Shown here piece by piece: positions 39,288 through 48,851 of a DNA stretch of 64,000 nt (positions are counted from its first letter, which is position 1; every line of letters starts with the position of its first letter). A program made the translations under genes and the position numbers. The notes beneath the pieces are model-generated. The model made no database searches. It saw nothing but the letters and a program-made list of their open reading frames with translations, and was not told where the DNA came from. The stretch comes from a virus: IMG/VR virus record IMGVR_UViG_3300036846_000489, positions 1-64,000 of that record. The stretch is one strand, 5' to 3'.

Positions 39288-39895
39288 CAGTGCAGCATCC
39301 GGTGGTTGCCGTCGTAGGCGATGTCGAACAGGTCGCGGTCGATCAGCCCGTTATCTTCATAGTATTTCCGCATCACCTCATTGGCCGCACTGCGGGAGAG
39401 CCGCGTCGCATCGGTGTCCAGGCAGATGGTCTGAGCATATAGTATTTCCCCGTCTGCGGCGTCCGACCGAAGAACCATGGATTGCGTGGGAGCGTGGAAC
39501 TTCACCCAATCGGGATACGGCTGCTTCATCTCCCCGTTCAGCATGTGGGTTTCCAGGACGCCATAAATACCATGAACGGTCTGCACCGCCCTGGCGCTCT
39601 CGCGCTTCGCCTGAATGGAAATCTGGCGGTTCACTCTGACCGACATCAGCCCGCCGACACACATCGGCTGAAGCTCCCGGCGGGTCTGCTGAGTGGCAAT
39701 CATCAGTTCGAACTGCTCGTCCGGGTCCACGTTGCAATCAATCGCGAACATGATGATCGAGCGATATCGGCCCTGGGTATAATCCGCCAGGGTGCCGCCG
39801 TTGCTGAGAAAGTTCACGGTGGCACCTTCCAACGGCTGATTTCGCATCCTGACGTTGGCCGGGATGATGTGGTCGAGCAGGAAATCTCGGATCAT
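39287..39895 (-). CDS. Hypothetical protein
   Basis: Coupled ORF MIRDFLLDH... Confidence 0.55.
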   Translation of the reverse strand: MIRDFLLDHIIPANVRMRNQPLEGATVNFLSNGGTLADYTQGRYRSIIMFAIDCNVDPDEQFELMIATQQTRRELQPMCVGGLMSVRVNRQISIQAKRESARAVQTVHGIYGVLETHMLNGEMKQPYPDWVKFHAPTQSMVLRSDAADGEILYAQTICLDTDATRLSRSAANEVMRKYYEDNGLIDRDLFDIAYDGNHRMLH

Positions 39896-40314
39896 GGCGA
39901 GAACTCCAACGTGCCGTCGGCGTGGACTATGGTGACGATCTTGCCTTGCTTTCTGGCGTATCGGATGGTTGCCCAGGTTCCCGACCGTGGCGAATGCGCT
40001 TCGTCCGAAGCGGGCGCGGCAATCAGTTCTTCGCTGAAATCGACGATGGTGTGATTTCTCTGAAGGTATTCCTGTTCGGGGTAGAGCTGGTCGAAATAGC
40101 CACACTCCACGGCACGGTGACGTTGGTTCTTGGGTGGGTGTCCAGCGACGAATATCCCGAGGCTGATAGCGATCCTGTGGGCCTGTTCGTCGGCACCGAC
40201 ACACACGCCGTGATGCAGCCATGCCGGAACCCGTGCCAAGAGAAGATCGGACAGAACGGCCTTCTGCACGTTCTTCATACCCTCTCGGGTGCCGGTGAAG
40301 CCAATATGCCTCAT
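39892..40314 (-). CDS. SLOG-superfamily nucleotide-binding protein
   Basis: IGFTGTR, HHG.CVGAD, RNH.IVD, SGTWATIRYA. Confidence 0.8.
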   Translation of the reverse strand: MRHIGFTGTREGMKNVQKAVLSDLLLARVPAWLHHGVCVGADEQAHRIAISLGIFVAGHPPKNQRHRAVECGYFDQLYPEQEYLQRNHTIVDFSEELIAAPASDEAHSPRSGTWATIRYARKQGKIVTIVHADGTLEFSP

Positions 40315-40565
40315 GATGACGCCACCAATCGTCTGGCATCCGATCCCTCGCTTTCCAGCGCGTTCTTCCCCGCCCGCGTGAGATCGAAGATCACCAGCCG
40401 CTTGTCGTCCGGGTCTTCTAGGGCACGCGCCCAGCCGCGCGCCACGAGGTTGTGGGCCTGCTTTCCCACCTGAGAGCGTGACAGGCCCATCAATTCCCCG
40501 GCCTCGGTAGCTGATAGCGCCCCGTGCTGGTCGATCAGCGCCATCAGCTTCCGCGACGGCCTCAC
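40311..40565 (-). CDS. MarR-type winged-helix regulator
   Basis: LSATEAGELMGLSRSQV...LVARGW...DPDDKR...LTRAG. Confidence 0.75.
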   Translation of the reverse strand: MRPSRKLMALIDQHGALSATEAGELMGLSRSQVGKQAHNLVARGWARALEDPDDKRLVIFDLTRAGKNALESEGSDARRLVASS

Positions 40566-42088
40566 CCCAACTCTCCCTGCTTCTTGCCGAACGCTGCCGC
40601 CACGATGTCGAACGTCGGCTTGTCTTCCTTGTTCATCACCCTCATGCGTGGATACGCCGCATTCTTCGCCGCCTCGAAACCTTCCGTGTCGGTGATCCAA
40701 TGCAGTTCGGCCATTCTCGCCTCGGCCCATTCCTTGTGGTCGCAGGCAGCGCCGATTGGCAGGATCAACTGACGTAGCCAGTCCGGCTTTGCCATCCCGC
40801 GCTTGGTCATGGCACCGGCAATAACCCTGACCGCCACCTGCCGGTAGAGGATTTCGGCGTCGGCCATGACCGACTTCTGGGCTTCCAGCCAGGACATCAG
40901 ATATTCATCCTCCGGAAAATTCCCGATCAAAGACTTGACCCAGGCGCTCCACACCGGCCTCCCGTTGTTCATCGGCGGCTGCACCGTCTCAAAGGACAGC
41001 GGTGGACTTTCGTCTCCGCTGGTCTCCTTGCGCCACTCGTCCACGTCCTTGAGCAGCGGCGTGCGGGTCTTTCGTGCCGCAACCAGGGCGTCGGCGTTGT
41101 GGTGCAACAGGTTCTCTCTGGCCTCGGCTCCGGTCGCCGCGTTCCAGTATTCCTTGAACTCCCTTACCCAGCCGGCGACATCTGGGTATAGCTCGCCGTC
41201 AGTCTCTCCCTCAGCGTCCCTCACCAAGAAATCGAACCTCTCCGGCGCGGCACTCAGACGCTCGCGCGCTTTCATCAAAGCCTCCCCTATTTCCTTCTGC
41301 TTCCCGGCGTCGAGAGTGTTCACATTATCCCGCACCAGATCGACCAGAGCTTCCAGGTCTTCCGATGTTTTTGCATCAGCGAAGCCGTGGGCCAGCGCGC
41401 CCCACCACTGCGGGTTACGCTTGAGTATGTCTTCGACGCTCTTGGCCCAAACATTTCCCATCGACTTTTCTGATGGTGGCGGCGAGGCCGGCCCACGCTC
41501 CCGATGGGTTCCGTCCGTGTCTTCGCCCTTCACCACGATATTCAGCAGCGCGACGGTGAGATAGCGGATGGCAAAGGTCTGCGCGGCCCCGCCTTTCTGC
41601 TGAATACCCATGTAGGCATCTTTGTCGATTGGCTCCTGTTTCCTGGCGGTGAACGACCATCCGGTATCTTCGTGGATCAGTTCCCCCTCCACGATGATGT
41701 AGTCGGCGGTCTGCTCGATGGGCCGGAAGGTCAATCCGAACCCGTGCTTCGTCATGATCGGTCGAACCACTTCGTCGATGTCTTCCTGGGTGGCAAAGCC
41801 GTATTTTATGGTCCCCCCACGCTTCGTGACGGTATCCACCCTGCCCTTTTTCTCGATCTGCGGAATGTCGTGGTGCATCCGCACGAACGCCTGTTTGGCG
41901 GCAATCTCCCGGTCGCGATCTTTGGTCCGCTCCCACAGGGTGGTCAGCCGCTCAAGCACCTCTATGTTTCCACTGGTGGAAGCTTGCGCCATCATGGTCA
42001 TGATGGATGGCACGGCCTGTTCTACTACCTTCCCGTTCCCGGTGTGCGTGATGTTGATCTGCGCTTCGGATGTGTCTGTCTGGCTCAT
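40562..42088 (-). CDS. ERF-family single-strand annealing protein with long C-terminal extension
   Basis: AFVRMH.DIPQIEK, FAT.EDI..VVRP.M.KHG, QQ.GGAAQTFAIRY, EDTDG. Confidence 0.8.
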   Translation of the reverse strand: MSQTDTSEAQINITHTGNGKVVEQAVPSIMTMMAQASTSGNIEVLERLTTLWERTKDRDREIAAKQAFVRMHHDIPQIEKKGRVDTVTKRGGTIKYGFATQEDIDEVVRPIMTKHGFGLTFRPIEQTADYIIVEGELIHEDTGWSFTARKQEPIDKDAYMGIQQKGGAAQTFAIRYLTVALLNIVVKGEDTDGTHRERGPASPPPSEKSMGNVWAKSVEDILKRNPQWWGALAHGFADAKTSEDLEALVDLVRDNVNTLDAGKQKEIGEALMKARERLSAAPERFDFLVRDAEGETDGELYPDVAGWVREFKEYWNAATGAEARENLLHHNADALVAARKTRTPLLKDVDEWRKETSGDESPPLSFETVQPPMNNGRPVWSAWVKSLIGNFPEDEYLMSWLEAQKSVMADAEILYRQVAVRVIAGAMTKRGMAKPDWLRQLILPIGAACDHKEWAEARMAELHWITDTEGFEAAKNAAYPRMRVMNKEDKPTFDIVAAAFGKKQGELG

Positions 42089-42291
42089 GATTGAACCTCC
42101 TTCCGCTTTTTCTCTTTCCGCAGTCTGTCAAGTTCCCGCTTTGACCTGCCCTCTCGGATGCTGCCGGACAGGATGACCATGGCACCACACGGATGCAGCG
42201 CCCTGAAGTGGCCGCTTCCGGTCGGCGTCACCGTGTATCCGAGGTCACGAGCAAATCTGAGAACGGTGTCTCGCGCATTTCGCGATGTCAT
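42085..42291 (-). CDS. HicA-like small protein
   Basis: LGYTVTPTGSGHFRALHPCG.MVILS. Confidence 0.5.
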   Translation of the reverse strand: MTSRNARDTVLRFARDLGYTVTPTGSGHFRALHPCGAMVILSGSIREGRSKRELDRLRKEKKRKEVQS

Positions 42292-42899
42292 GACACCGCC
42301 AGGGTCTGGTTCTTCACCCACTTGATCCCCGGTATTGTCCGGCGTGGCACGCGAGTTTTCGGGTGGCGATCCGCCATCACCGCCTTTACCATCCGGTCGT
42401 CCACCGTGAGATATTCCTTGGGGACTTTGGCGATGTCCTCGACCTCGTATCCCCAGGTCTCCTTCACGGTTGCCTTTGAGCCATAGATGCCCCGCACCGG
42501 CTCCTTTTCCTCAAAGACCCGAGCGCGGTCCCGGCGAATGGTAAAATCCCGCAGGGCCGAACGGAGCGGCTCCACCGCTGCGTCGATCATCCCGGTGATG
42601 GTATTCGTCCAGACATCGACCTTTCTGCCGAGGGTCAAATACGGAGCCTTTTCCTCCTGGTGAAAATCCACGAAGGCCGAGCGGAGCGCCGCCACCATGC
42701 GGATGTTCTCGGTGAAAATACCAGCCGTCTCTTCGTCGCCGTCGTTGATGACAGGATGCTCCTGCCTGATCTGCGACAACGCCGGGGCGAGTTCTTTCCA
42801 TCGGGTGAGAAGGTCCGAAGCGGCATATTCCAGCCACGCGAAAAGTTCTTCCGGCTTTGCCGTTTCGGGTCGTCGCGGCACATTCGCTATGGTGTCCAT
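42288..42899 (-). CDS. Recombination-linked coiled-coil protein (Gam/Gp157-like)
   Basis: EEKAPYL..GRKVD; WGYEVEDIAKVPKEYL...IPGIK. Confidence 0.6.
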   Translation of the reverse strand: MDTIANVPRRPETAKPEELFAWLEYAASDLLTRWKELAPALSQIRQEHPVINDGDEETAGIFTENIRMVAALRSAFVDFHQEEKAPYLTLGRKVDVWTNTITGMIDAAVEPLRSALRDFTIRRDRARVFEEKEPVRGIYGSKATVKETWGYEVEDIAKVPKEYLTVDDRMVKAVMADRHPKTRVPRRTIPGIKWVKNQTLAVS

Positions 42900-43261
42900 G
42901 GTTTCCTCGGTATCAGTGGTCGCAGGTTCATCGGGTCCATGCTGGTCCACGGGTTCAGGCACGGATGATCCGGGTCGTGCCTTTTTGCCCATTCCTTGAT
43001 CCCGATCAGGTAGCCGTAATGTCGGTCGCTGACTTTCTCTCCCCATTCGTGGATGTGAACGATCTGCGGACAGTCAAACGGATCAGCCACCGTGTATCTG
43101 GCGCGGCTTCCATCGACCTCCGCGAACCACAGAAAATCTTCCTGGATGATCCGGCACGGCACCTTCCATCCCTTCCGAATGAGCGACATCCGATACAGTC
43201 CAGGCTCAATGACATCCGGTCGTCTTGCCTGTTCTGGCCGGTGCATTCTGGAACGCGCCAT
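42887..43261 (-). CDS. Hypothetical protein
   Basis: PGLYRMSLIRKGWKVP...HP. Confidence 0.6.
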   Translation of the reverse strand: MARSRMHRPEQARRPDVIEPGLYRMSLIRKGWKVPCRIIQEDFLWFAEVDGSRARYTVADPFDCPQIVHIHEWGEKVSDRHYGYLIGIKEWAKRHDPDHPCLNPWTSMDPMNLRPLIPRKPWTP

Positions 43262-43268
43262 GTGCGGG

Positions 43269-43344
43269 ATATTAGACAGGTTGTAGTTCGATTGTCAACA
43301 TCTATTTCTCCATATTGACATATAGAAACCGCTTGCCGCATGGT
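43269..43344. promoter_or_regulatory. Back-to-back divergent sigma70-type promoters
   Basis: TTGACA on - (43293-98) with TAATAT 18 nt away; TTGACA on + (43315-20); AT-rich gap between divergent operons. Confidence 0.65.
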
Positions 43345-43352
43345 CTGAATTT

Positions 43353-43721
43353 ATGGGGGATCAGCGTCCAACCATGGTCCGGTGCCGAACCTTCACCGAG
43401 GTGCTGGACCTGTTTCCGAGCTTCACGTCGCTGGCGGCGAGCCTGCGGCTTCCCGCCTCCACGGTGCGTTCATGGAGCGTGAGAAACAACGTGCCGGTGG
43501 CCTACTGGCACGACCTTGTCGCCGCCGCGCGGGCCACGGGAATTCACCTGACCCTCCACCGCCTGAATATCTGCATCAAACAACAGGAGCCACAGGATGG
43601 CAGCCAACAACGATCTGATCTGCGAAGCCAGTCGCGTCTATCGCGGCGACCGGCGGACTATGGACAGTCACAACGGACGGCTCAGGGCACACCTGAAGCA
43701 CTACGGCGAGCAAGGCGTTGA
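43353..43721 (+). CDS. Cro-like HTH protein
   Basis: FTSLAASLRLPASTVRSW..RNNVP..YW..LV.AA. Confidence 0.7.
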   Translation: MGDQRPTMVRCRTFTEVLDLFPSFTSLAASLRLPASTVRSWSVRNNVPVAYWHDLVAAARATGIHLTLHRLNICIKQQEPQDGSQQRSDLRSQSRLSRRPADYGQSQRTAQGTPEALRRARR

Positions 43722-44283
43722 CCTGAAGGCACTGCAACGGGTCAGCCGCGCATTCGGCAAGATGGAGCCGGAGGATTTCGTCAAGCTCCTGGCCACCGAA
43801 CTCCACTACGCGAAGCTGATCCTGCGCGCCGAAGCCCAGCCGGAAATGTTCTTCGGGGAAGACAGCGATACCACGGTCAGCAACATGACCCGCTATAGCG
43901 ACGATGTGATGACCGCTGAAAGCAGGGGATACGAGGCCGGGCGCCAGGGCGTGGCACGCGACGAATGTCCCTACCCAGAGGGTTCCGATCTGGCGAAATC
44001 CTGGAGGAAGTGGTGGAAGAACGGCGACACCCACCGCGCCGAGGTGAAGCCGGCCAGCAAGCCAGCAAATGCCAGCCGAAAGGAAGCGCGCAAGCGTCAA
44101 GCAAGAATGGCAGGCACCGAGGGTATTCAGTATTCCCCCAGGCGCAAGCGGCGTCAGCAGGCTGCGGAACAACAGGCCCAAACGGGCAAGCGGCGCGGCA
44201 GGCCGAAGGGCAGCAAGAACCGGCCAAAGGTGAACGGCCCCGAGGTGGTCGATTTCCCGGCACAGCTTCCGCCGGCAGCGTGA
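43597..44283 (+). CDS. GapR-like N-domain plus RMF-like motif protein
   Basis: GVDLKAL...Y..L...QPEMF; AESRGYEAG..G...DECPY.......W...W..G; basic tail; SD AGGAG. Confidence 0.55.
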   Translation: MAANNDLICEASRVYRGDRRTMDSHNGRLRAHLKHYGEQGVDLKALQRVSRAFGKMEPEDFVKLLATELHYAKLILRAEAQPEMFFGEDSDTTVSNMTRYSDDVMTAESRGYEAGRQGVARDECPYPEGSDLAKSWRKWWKNGDTHRAEVKPASKPANASRKEARKRQARMAGTEGIQYSPRRKRRQQAAEQQAQTGKRRGRPKGSKNRPKVNGPEVVDFPAQLPPAA

Positions 44284-44867
44284 CAAACCTTCCTCCCGGC
44301 GGGGTGTTGACGCTTGACCTCTCCACCATGGTCGGGTGGTGCTATGGGCCAGTGACGGGGAAACTCCCACTGGCCACTGGCACATGGGAACTTCCCACGT
44401 TCGACGGAACCAAGCTTGGACTTGGCTCCAAGGTTCCCTACGGAACCAAGGGTCACCGAGGCATGTCCCTGGAAAATAGCCTGATCCAAGACTTCCTCTG
44501 CGTCGGCAAGAATGAGATCGTGCTACCCAGCCTGATCATCGTAGAGAAGCCGTTGCCTCCCCAGGCGCAGACCCAAACGGAGACCTGCGCTTTGCAATAC
44601 GGGCTTTCCTTTCTGGTCGAAAAGAATGCCTATGTCGCGAGTGTGCGGTATTCCGAGATCGAGGTCTGGAACGTTCGCCGCGAGGTATTTGGGGAGGCGG
44701 TTCGGGTAAGCCCGAAGCAACTGAAATCGACGATCCTCAAGCTGATCCGGCAACGGGGTATTCCCGCCAGAGATCATCACCAAGCCGACGCCGCCGCAAT
44801 CTGGTTGTGCCACAAGCAGCGCTCCACCCACGGTGCCGGTCCTTTGTGGGAGGAATACGCGGCATGA
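44280..44867 (+). CDS. RuvC-like Holliday junction resolvase
   Basis: LTLDLSTMVGW, IIVEKP, DHHQADAAAI. Confidence 0.7.
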   Translation: MTNLPPGGVLTLDLSTMVGWCYGPVTGKLPLATGTWELPTFDGTKLGLGSKVPYGTKGHRGMSLENSLIQDFLCVGKNEIVLPSLIIVEKPLPPQAQTQTETCALQYGLSFLVEKNAYVASVRYSEIEVWNVRREVFGEAVRVSPKQLKSTILKLIRQRGIPARDHHQADAAAIWLCHKQRSTHGAGPLWEEYAA

Positions 44868-45058
44868 AAATCAATGACCTCATCCTTGTCGCCATCATGG
44901 CGGAAATCGAGGATCATGCCGGGGACTGCAAGATCGAAATCCACAAGATTGTGCCACTGGATTATCCCCAACAGGTGAAGGTCGCGCTGGCCTTCGAAAC
45001 CATGCTGGACAACATCGAGGATGCCATTCGAAATGCCAGCGACATTGGATCAACGTGA
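44864..45058 (+). CDS. Hypothetical protein
   Basis: SD GGAGG, ATGA overlap. Confidence 0.5.
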   Translation: MKINDLILVAIMAEIEDHAGDCKIEIHKIVPLDYPQQVKVALAFETMLDNIEDAIRNASDIGST

Positions 45059-45452
45059 TCGGGAAAAGCTGATCAAGCTGCTGGGAATGATCGGCTCGTC
45101 AGCGGACGGCGAGGCGCTCAACGCCGCCCGTCTGGCGAACAAGCTCGTTTCCGACCGGGGACTGACCTGGGGTCAGGTGCTCGCTGTCAACGGTGCCCAG
45201 GTATGGCCCCAAGGGGCACACCAGACCGTCTGGCCGCAGTCGTCCTGGTCGCCTCCACCGCCTCCCAGACCGTCGCAGATGGAGCGGTGGAGGACCGTGG
45301 CCGACTTCATCAAGACCTACCGGGCGGCTGAGATTAACGATTGGGAACAGCACTTTCTGGCCAGCATCTTGTCCAAGAGATCAGCTCTCACGCCGAAGCA
45401 GATGGAGACCCTGGTGAAGATCGGTCAGAAGTGCCGTATCATCGTTGACTGA
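45033..45452 (+). CDS. Phage protein with DUF2786-like N-terminus
   Basis: KLIKLLGMIGS..DGEALNAAR, WEQHFL.SI, LTPKQ. Confidence 0.6.
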   Translation: MPATLDQRDREKLIKLLGMIGSSADGEALNAARLANKLVSDRGLTWGQVLAVNGAQVWPQGAHQTVWPQSSWSPPPPPRPSQMERWRTVADFIKTYRAAEINDWEQHFLASILSKRSALTPKQMETLVKIGQKCRIIVD

Positions 45453-45889
45453 CCAACTTCTCTCCTGATTTCAACAGGATGCCGTGCCGGCTTCAACCGG
45501 TCTGTGCGGAACAGCAGAGAATTTGGGGGTTGACTGGTGAGGTCCGGGGTGTAGGCTTTTCCCTTCGACCCGACCTAGGTTCGTGCCTGAAATAGAACCG
45601 GCCCCGCTTGTCTAGAGCGGAGCCGGCAGACTTGGAGGTTGTGCGCCTACCAAGGAGGAAAAACGACCACCCTCCACGTAGCGCACTTCCTCCGTCATTG
45701 CAACAGGAGGAAAGCGCAAATGTCTGAAAATTCCGTGACAGCCCTCGATACCACCACCGACCAGCTTCTCGCTGAATGGCGGCGGCAGCTTCTGGTTGTG
45801 CCGCGTTTCGAGCGGTGGCACCGGACGGTGTGCCTGATCTCCAACCTGCTTCACAGCCTCGCCGTGGTCGAGGATTGGGAGGCCGGTCA

Positions 45890-46381
45890 ATGACTGGCAC
45901 AGAAATTGCTCTCGCGCGCACACCCCTTTCTTCTACTTCTTCTACCTCTAACAACCAAGATAATAATTACAATCCTTTTGATACCAAGAAAGGGAAGGGA
46001 AGACGTAGTGATGGAACTAATCCCAGAGCACTAGGAACCAACCCTAAAGCTCTCGGAACTAACCCAAGAGCATTAGGCACCAATCCAAAGAAAATTGGAA
46101 TTATCGTTCCGCAGGACTGGCGTCCTTCCCAGAGTGCTTGGACCTTTGCCACCAAGCTTGGATTTGGGGAAAGGGAACTTGCCCAATTCATCCGCTACAA
46201 CCGGCATAAAAGGTATCACGCATTCAAATGGCAATGGAATAAAATTTTCGTCGGATGGTGCAAGAAAATCCATCAGCGGAAGGAGGAACGGTCGGCACAA
46301 CCGACAGAGACACCGATGGGACAATTCGGCGGGTCATTGCTTGATGGGAGAAAACTCGGGATGTGGGAGACGGTGTGGTGA
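45890..46381 (+). CDS. Replication-associated protein with GTNP(R/K)AL repeats and DnaT-like C-domain
   Basis: VPQDWRPS...ELAQF..Y...W...F.GW; upstream of primase-helicase. Confidence 0.5.
   Translation: MTGTEIALARTPLSSTSSTSNNQDNNYNPFDTKKGKGRRSDGTNPRALGTNPKALGTNPRALGTNPKKIGIIVPQDWRPSQSAWTFATKLGFGERELAQFIRYNRHKRYHAFKWQWNKIFVGWCKKIHQRKEERSAQPTETPMGQFGGSLLDGRKLGMWETVW
46013..46090 (+). repeat. 21-bp tandem repeat, about 3.7 copies
   Basis: ggaactaatcccagagcacta / ggaaccaaccctaaagctctc / ggaactaacccaagagcatta / ggcaccaatccaaag. Confidence 0.85.
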
Positions 46382-48150
46382 TCGAGAAGAACCTGTTCGA
46401 CCTCCTGGATGAACACGGCATTCCCCGCCTCAAAAGCTACCAGCCCGGCTACACCGAGAAACTGATCTGCCCCAAATGCGGGGGTGGAAGAACCCGAGAC
46501 CACTGCCTGTCCGTGACCATCTCCGACGATGGCACAAACGCCATGTGGCAGTGCCACCGTGGAAACTGCGATGGCTTCTCCGGCAAGGTGTTCGTCAAGG
46601 GCGGGCACTTCGAACCAAAGCCCAAGCCTCGCCCAGCCAATCCGTTCGCCGATGCCGAGGTTCCCCAGGATCAGCCTGTTTATGCGCCGCCGTGGTATTG
46701 GGACTTTTGGGCCAACCGGCACATCGGGAAAAAGACCCTCGACGATCTCGGCATCCATTTTTCAGTTCATCCCGTCTTAGCTGACAGCATCGTCTTCCCG
46801 TATCGGTGGAAAGGGAGGCTGGTCAATCGGAAATTCCGATCCCATCCGAACAAGGACTTCCGCAACGACGCCGGGTCGCAGCCGACGCTGTTCAACGTGG
46901 ACAGCATCGATCCCAAGGAACCGCTGTATTGGGTCGAGGGAGAGATCGACGTTCTGACCATGCACGAGATGGGCTACCCGCACGTCGTCTCGTTGCGCGA
47001 CGGTGCACCGCAGAAGGTCGGCCAGGGCGACAAGCGGTTCGAGGCACTGAATACCCACGCCGACGCGCTGCACAAGGTCGGCACACACATCCTGTGTCCC
47101 GACGCCGACAAGCCGGGTGAGGCGTGGCTGGAAGAACTCAGCCGGCGTCTGGGCCGGCACAGGTGCAAGATCGTGCGCTGGCCTGCGGGGCGAAAGGATG
47201 CCAACGACACGCTCTGCATGGCCGACGACGATGAACGAAATACCATCGAGTATTGCACCTCCCACGCGCAGCGGTTTCCGCTTCAGGGCATCCGCGACAT
47301 TTCCGAGCGGGTGATCGAACGGGCGTTCACCAGAAAGCAACCCGACGTTCTGACCCTCGGGGTCCAGTCCATCGACAGCACGCTGAAGTTTCCCGCCGAG
47401 GGAAAGTTGATCGTGGTGAGCGGCGTGCCGTCCCACGGAAAGTCCACGTTCATGCGCTTCGTGACGGTCAAGACGATCCAGCACTACGAACGGAAATGGC
47501 TGGTGTTCGTGCAGGAAGACGACTTCCACGACTACGTCATCGACGTGGCAAAAATACATGCCGACAAGATGTATTCCGAGGTGACCAGGGAAGACCGTGG
47601 CGAGGCCGGCGCTTCGTTCATGAACGGCGGTCTGCGGATTTTGATGTTCGACGGCGAGCGTGATCCACCAACCATCGACACGATCTTGGAGCGGGCACGA
47701 TTGTCCATTCTTCAGGACGGCACCACAGACCTGTTGCTCGATCCGTTCAACGAACTGGAAGATGCCTACGAGCATGGCGACCAAAGCCAGACCCAGCACA
47801 TCGGCCGCACGCTGCAACGGCTCAAAGCCTTCGCCAAGGAATATTCCTGCAACGTCTGGGTCATCGCCCATCCGGCCAAGCCGTCCAACGGTGAGCGCCA
47901 TCCACCGGATGGATATTCCTGTGCCGGCTCGGCGAATTGGGCCAACAAGCCCGACCTTGGTTTTTCGGTCTGGCGTCCCGGTCCAATCGGCGACGTGGAA
48001 CTTTACGTCTGGAAGAGCCGCACCCAGCGATGGGGTAGCGCGAAGACAGTCGCGAAGGCGTGGTTCAACGCTTCGATTGGCACCTACCACACACCCACAC
48101 CGAAGGAGACCGAACAGGCACCAACAGACACACCCGGTTGGATCGACTGA
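46378..48150 (+). CDS. Bifunctional primase-helicase (T7 gp4/Twinkle type)
   Basis: Zn finger CPKC..CHRGNC; TOPRIM VEGEID, DADKPG, KDAND; SF4 Walker A GVPSHGKS, LLDPFN, VIAHP. Confidence 0.92.
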   Translation: MIEKNLFDLLDEHGIPRLKSYQPGYTEKLICPKCGGGRTRDHCLSVTISDDGTNAMWQCHRGNCDGFSGKVFVKGGHFEPKPKPRPANPFADAEVPQDQPVYAPPWYWDFWANRHIGKKTLDDLGIHFSVHPVLADSIVFPYRWKGRLVNRKFRSHPNKDFRNDAGSQPTLFNVDSIDPKEPLYWVEGEIDVLTMHEMGYPHVVSLRDGAPQKVGQGDKRFEALNTHADALHKVGTHILCPDADKPGEAWLEELSRRLGRHRCKIVRWPAGRKDANDTLCMADDDERNTIEYCTSHAQRFPLQGIRDISERVIERAFTRKQPDVLTLGVQSIDSTLKFPAEGKLIVVSGVPSHGKSTFMRFVTVKTIQHYERKWLVFVQEDDFHDYVIDVAKIHADKMYSEVTREDRGEAGASFMNGGLRILMFDGERDPPTIDTILERARLSILQDGTTDLLLDPFNELEDAYEHGDQSQTQHIGRTLQRLKAFAKEYSCNVWVIAHPAKPSNGERHPPDGYSCAGSANWANKPDLGFSVWRPGPIGDVELYVWKSRTQRWGSAKTVAKAWFNASIGTYHTPTPKETEQAPTDTPGWID

Positions 48151-48306
48151 AAGGGAGGACGCCATGAACCGCGAGACTGAGGTTGTTGAGCAAGCCATGC
48201 GAGACTTGGAAGAGGAACTGGACACCCGCTTTGACATGCACGAACGCATTGCCGTTCAGCACGTTCTTGAACGGCTGGTTGATGAAGCACCCAGGAGGTA
48301 TCAGCC

Positions 48307-48528
48307 ATGGCACTGATCGAACTGCCGCAGATCGAGCATGTTTGGGTGTGCCTCTGTCGTGCTGAAACTGTCTGTCGTCCTGAGGATTTTTACCCCGGCG
48401 CTGTCTACCAGTGCCCCGGTTGCGAACGTGTGTGGGCATGCGTTAGTCCCCGGAGAGGCGGAAAAGCCTGGGTCAGAGTGACCGACCAGGATGCAGAATT
48501 CCATCGGCTAATGGATGAGGATGACTAG
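48307..48528 (+). CDS. Small zinc-ribbon protein
   Basis: CLC, CPGC; SD GGAGG. Confidence 0.55.
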   Translation: MALIELPQIEHVWVCLCRAETVCRPEDFYPGAVYQCPGCERVWACVSPRRGGKAWVRVTDQDAEFHRLMDEDD

Positions 48529-48530
48529 CA

Positions 48531-48851
48531 ATGGCACTGAATTACGGAATACACGGCAGCAGGGCTGCCAGGGATCAGGGTATTTCTCTGGTCTCGGGAA
48601 ACGCCACGTCCTTCATGGCACGCGGCATGGAATACATCCAGAAGCTTCCGCCCGGTGATTACACCAGCGAGGATATTAATGCCCGGCTGGACATCGCCGG
48701 CATCAAGCCGCACACCCCAAAGGCGTATGGGGCGCTGACTTCCCATGCGGTGCGGCTCGGTCTGCTGGAAGATACCGGGCGGGTGCGGCAGATGAAGAAA
48801 TACAAGAGCCACGCCCGCCGCACGCCGGTCTGGCGCCGGCCGGCTTGGTGA
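48531..48851 (+). CDS. Phage hypothetical protein
   Basis: ARDQGI, PKAYGAL, SHARRTPVW. Confidence 0.6.
   Translation: MALNYGIHGSRAARDQGISLVSGNATSFMARGMEYIQKLPPGDYTSEDINARLDIAGIKPHTPKAYGALTSHAVRLGLLEDTGRVRQMKKYKSHARRTPVWRRPAW

Noticed and set aside
46777-48249. Long antisense ORFs (e.g. 490 aa here, 26013-27281, 3529-4743)
   Set aside because: Shadow frames of well-supported genes in GC-rich DNA with no recognisable motifs.
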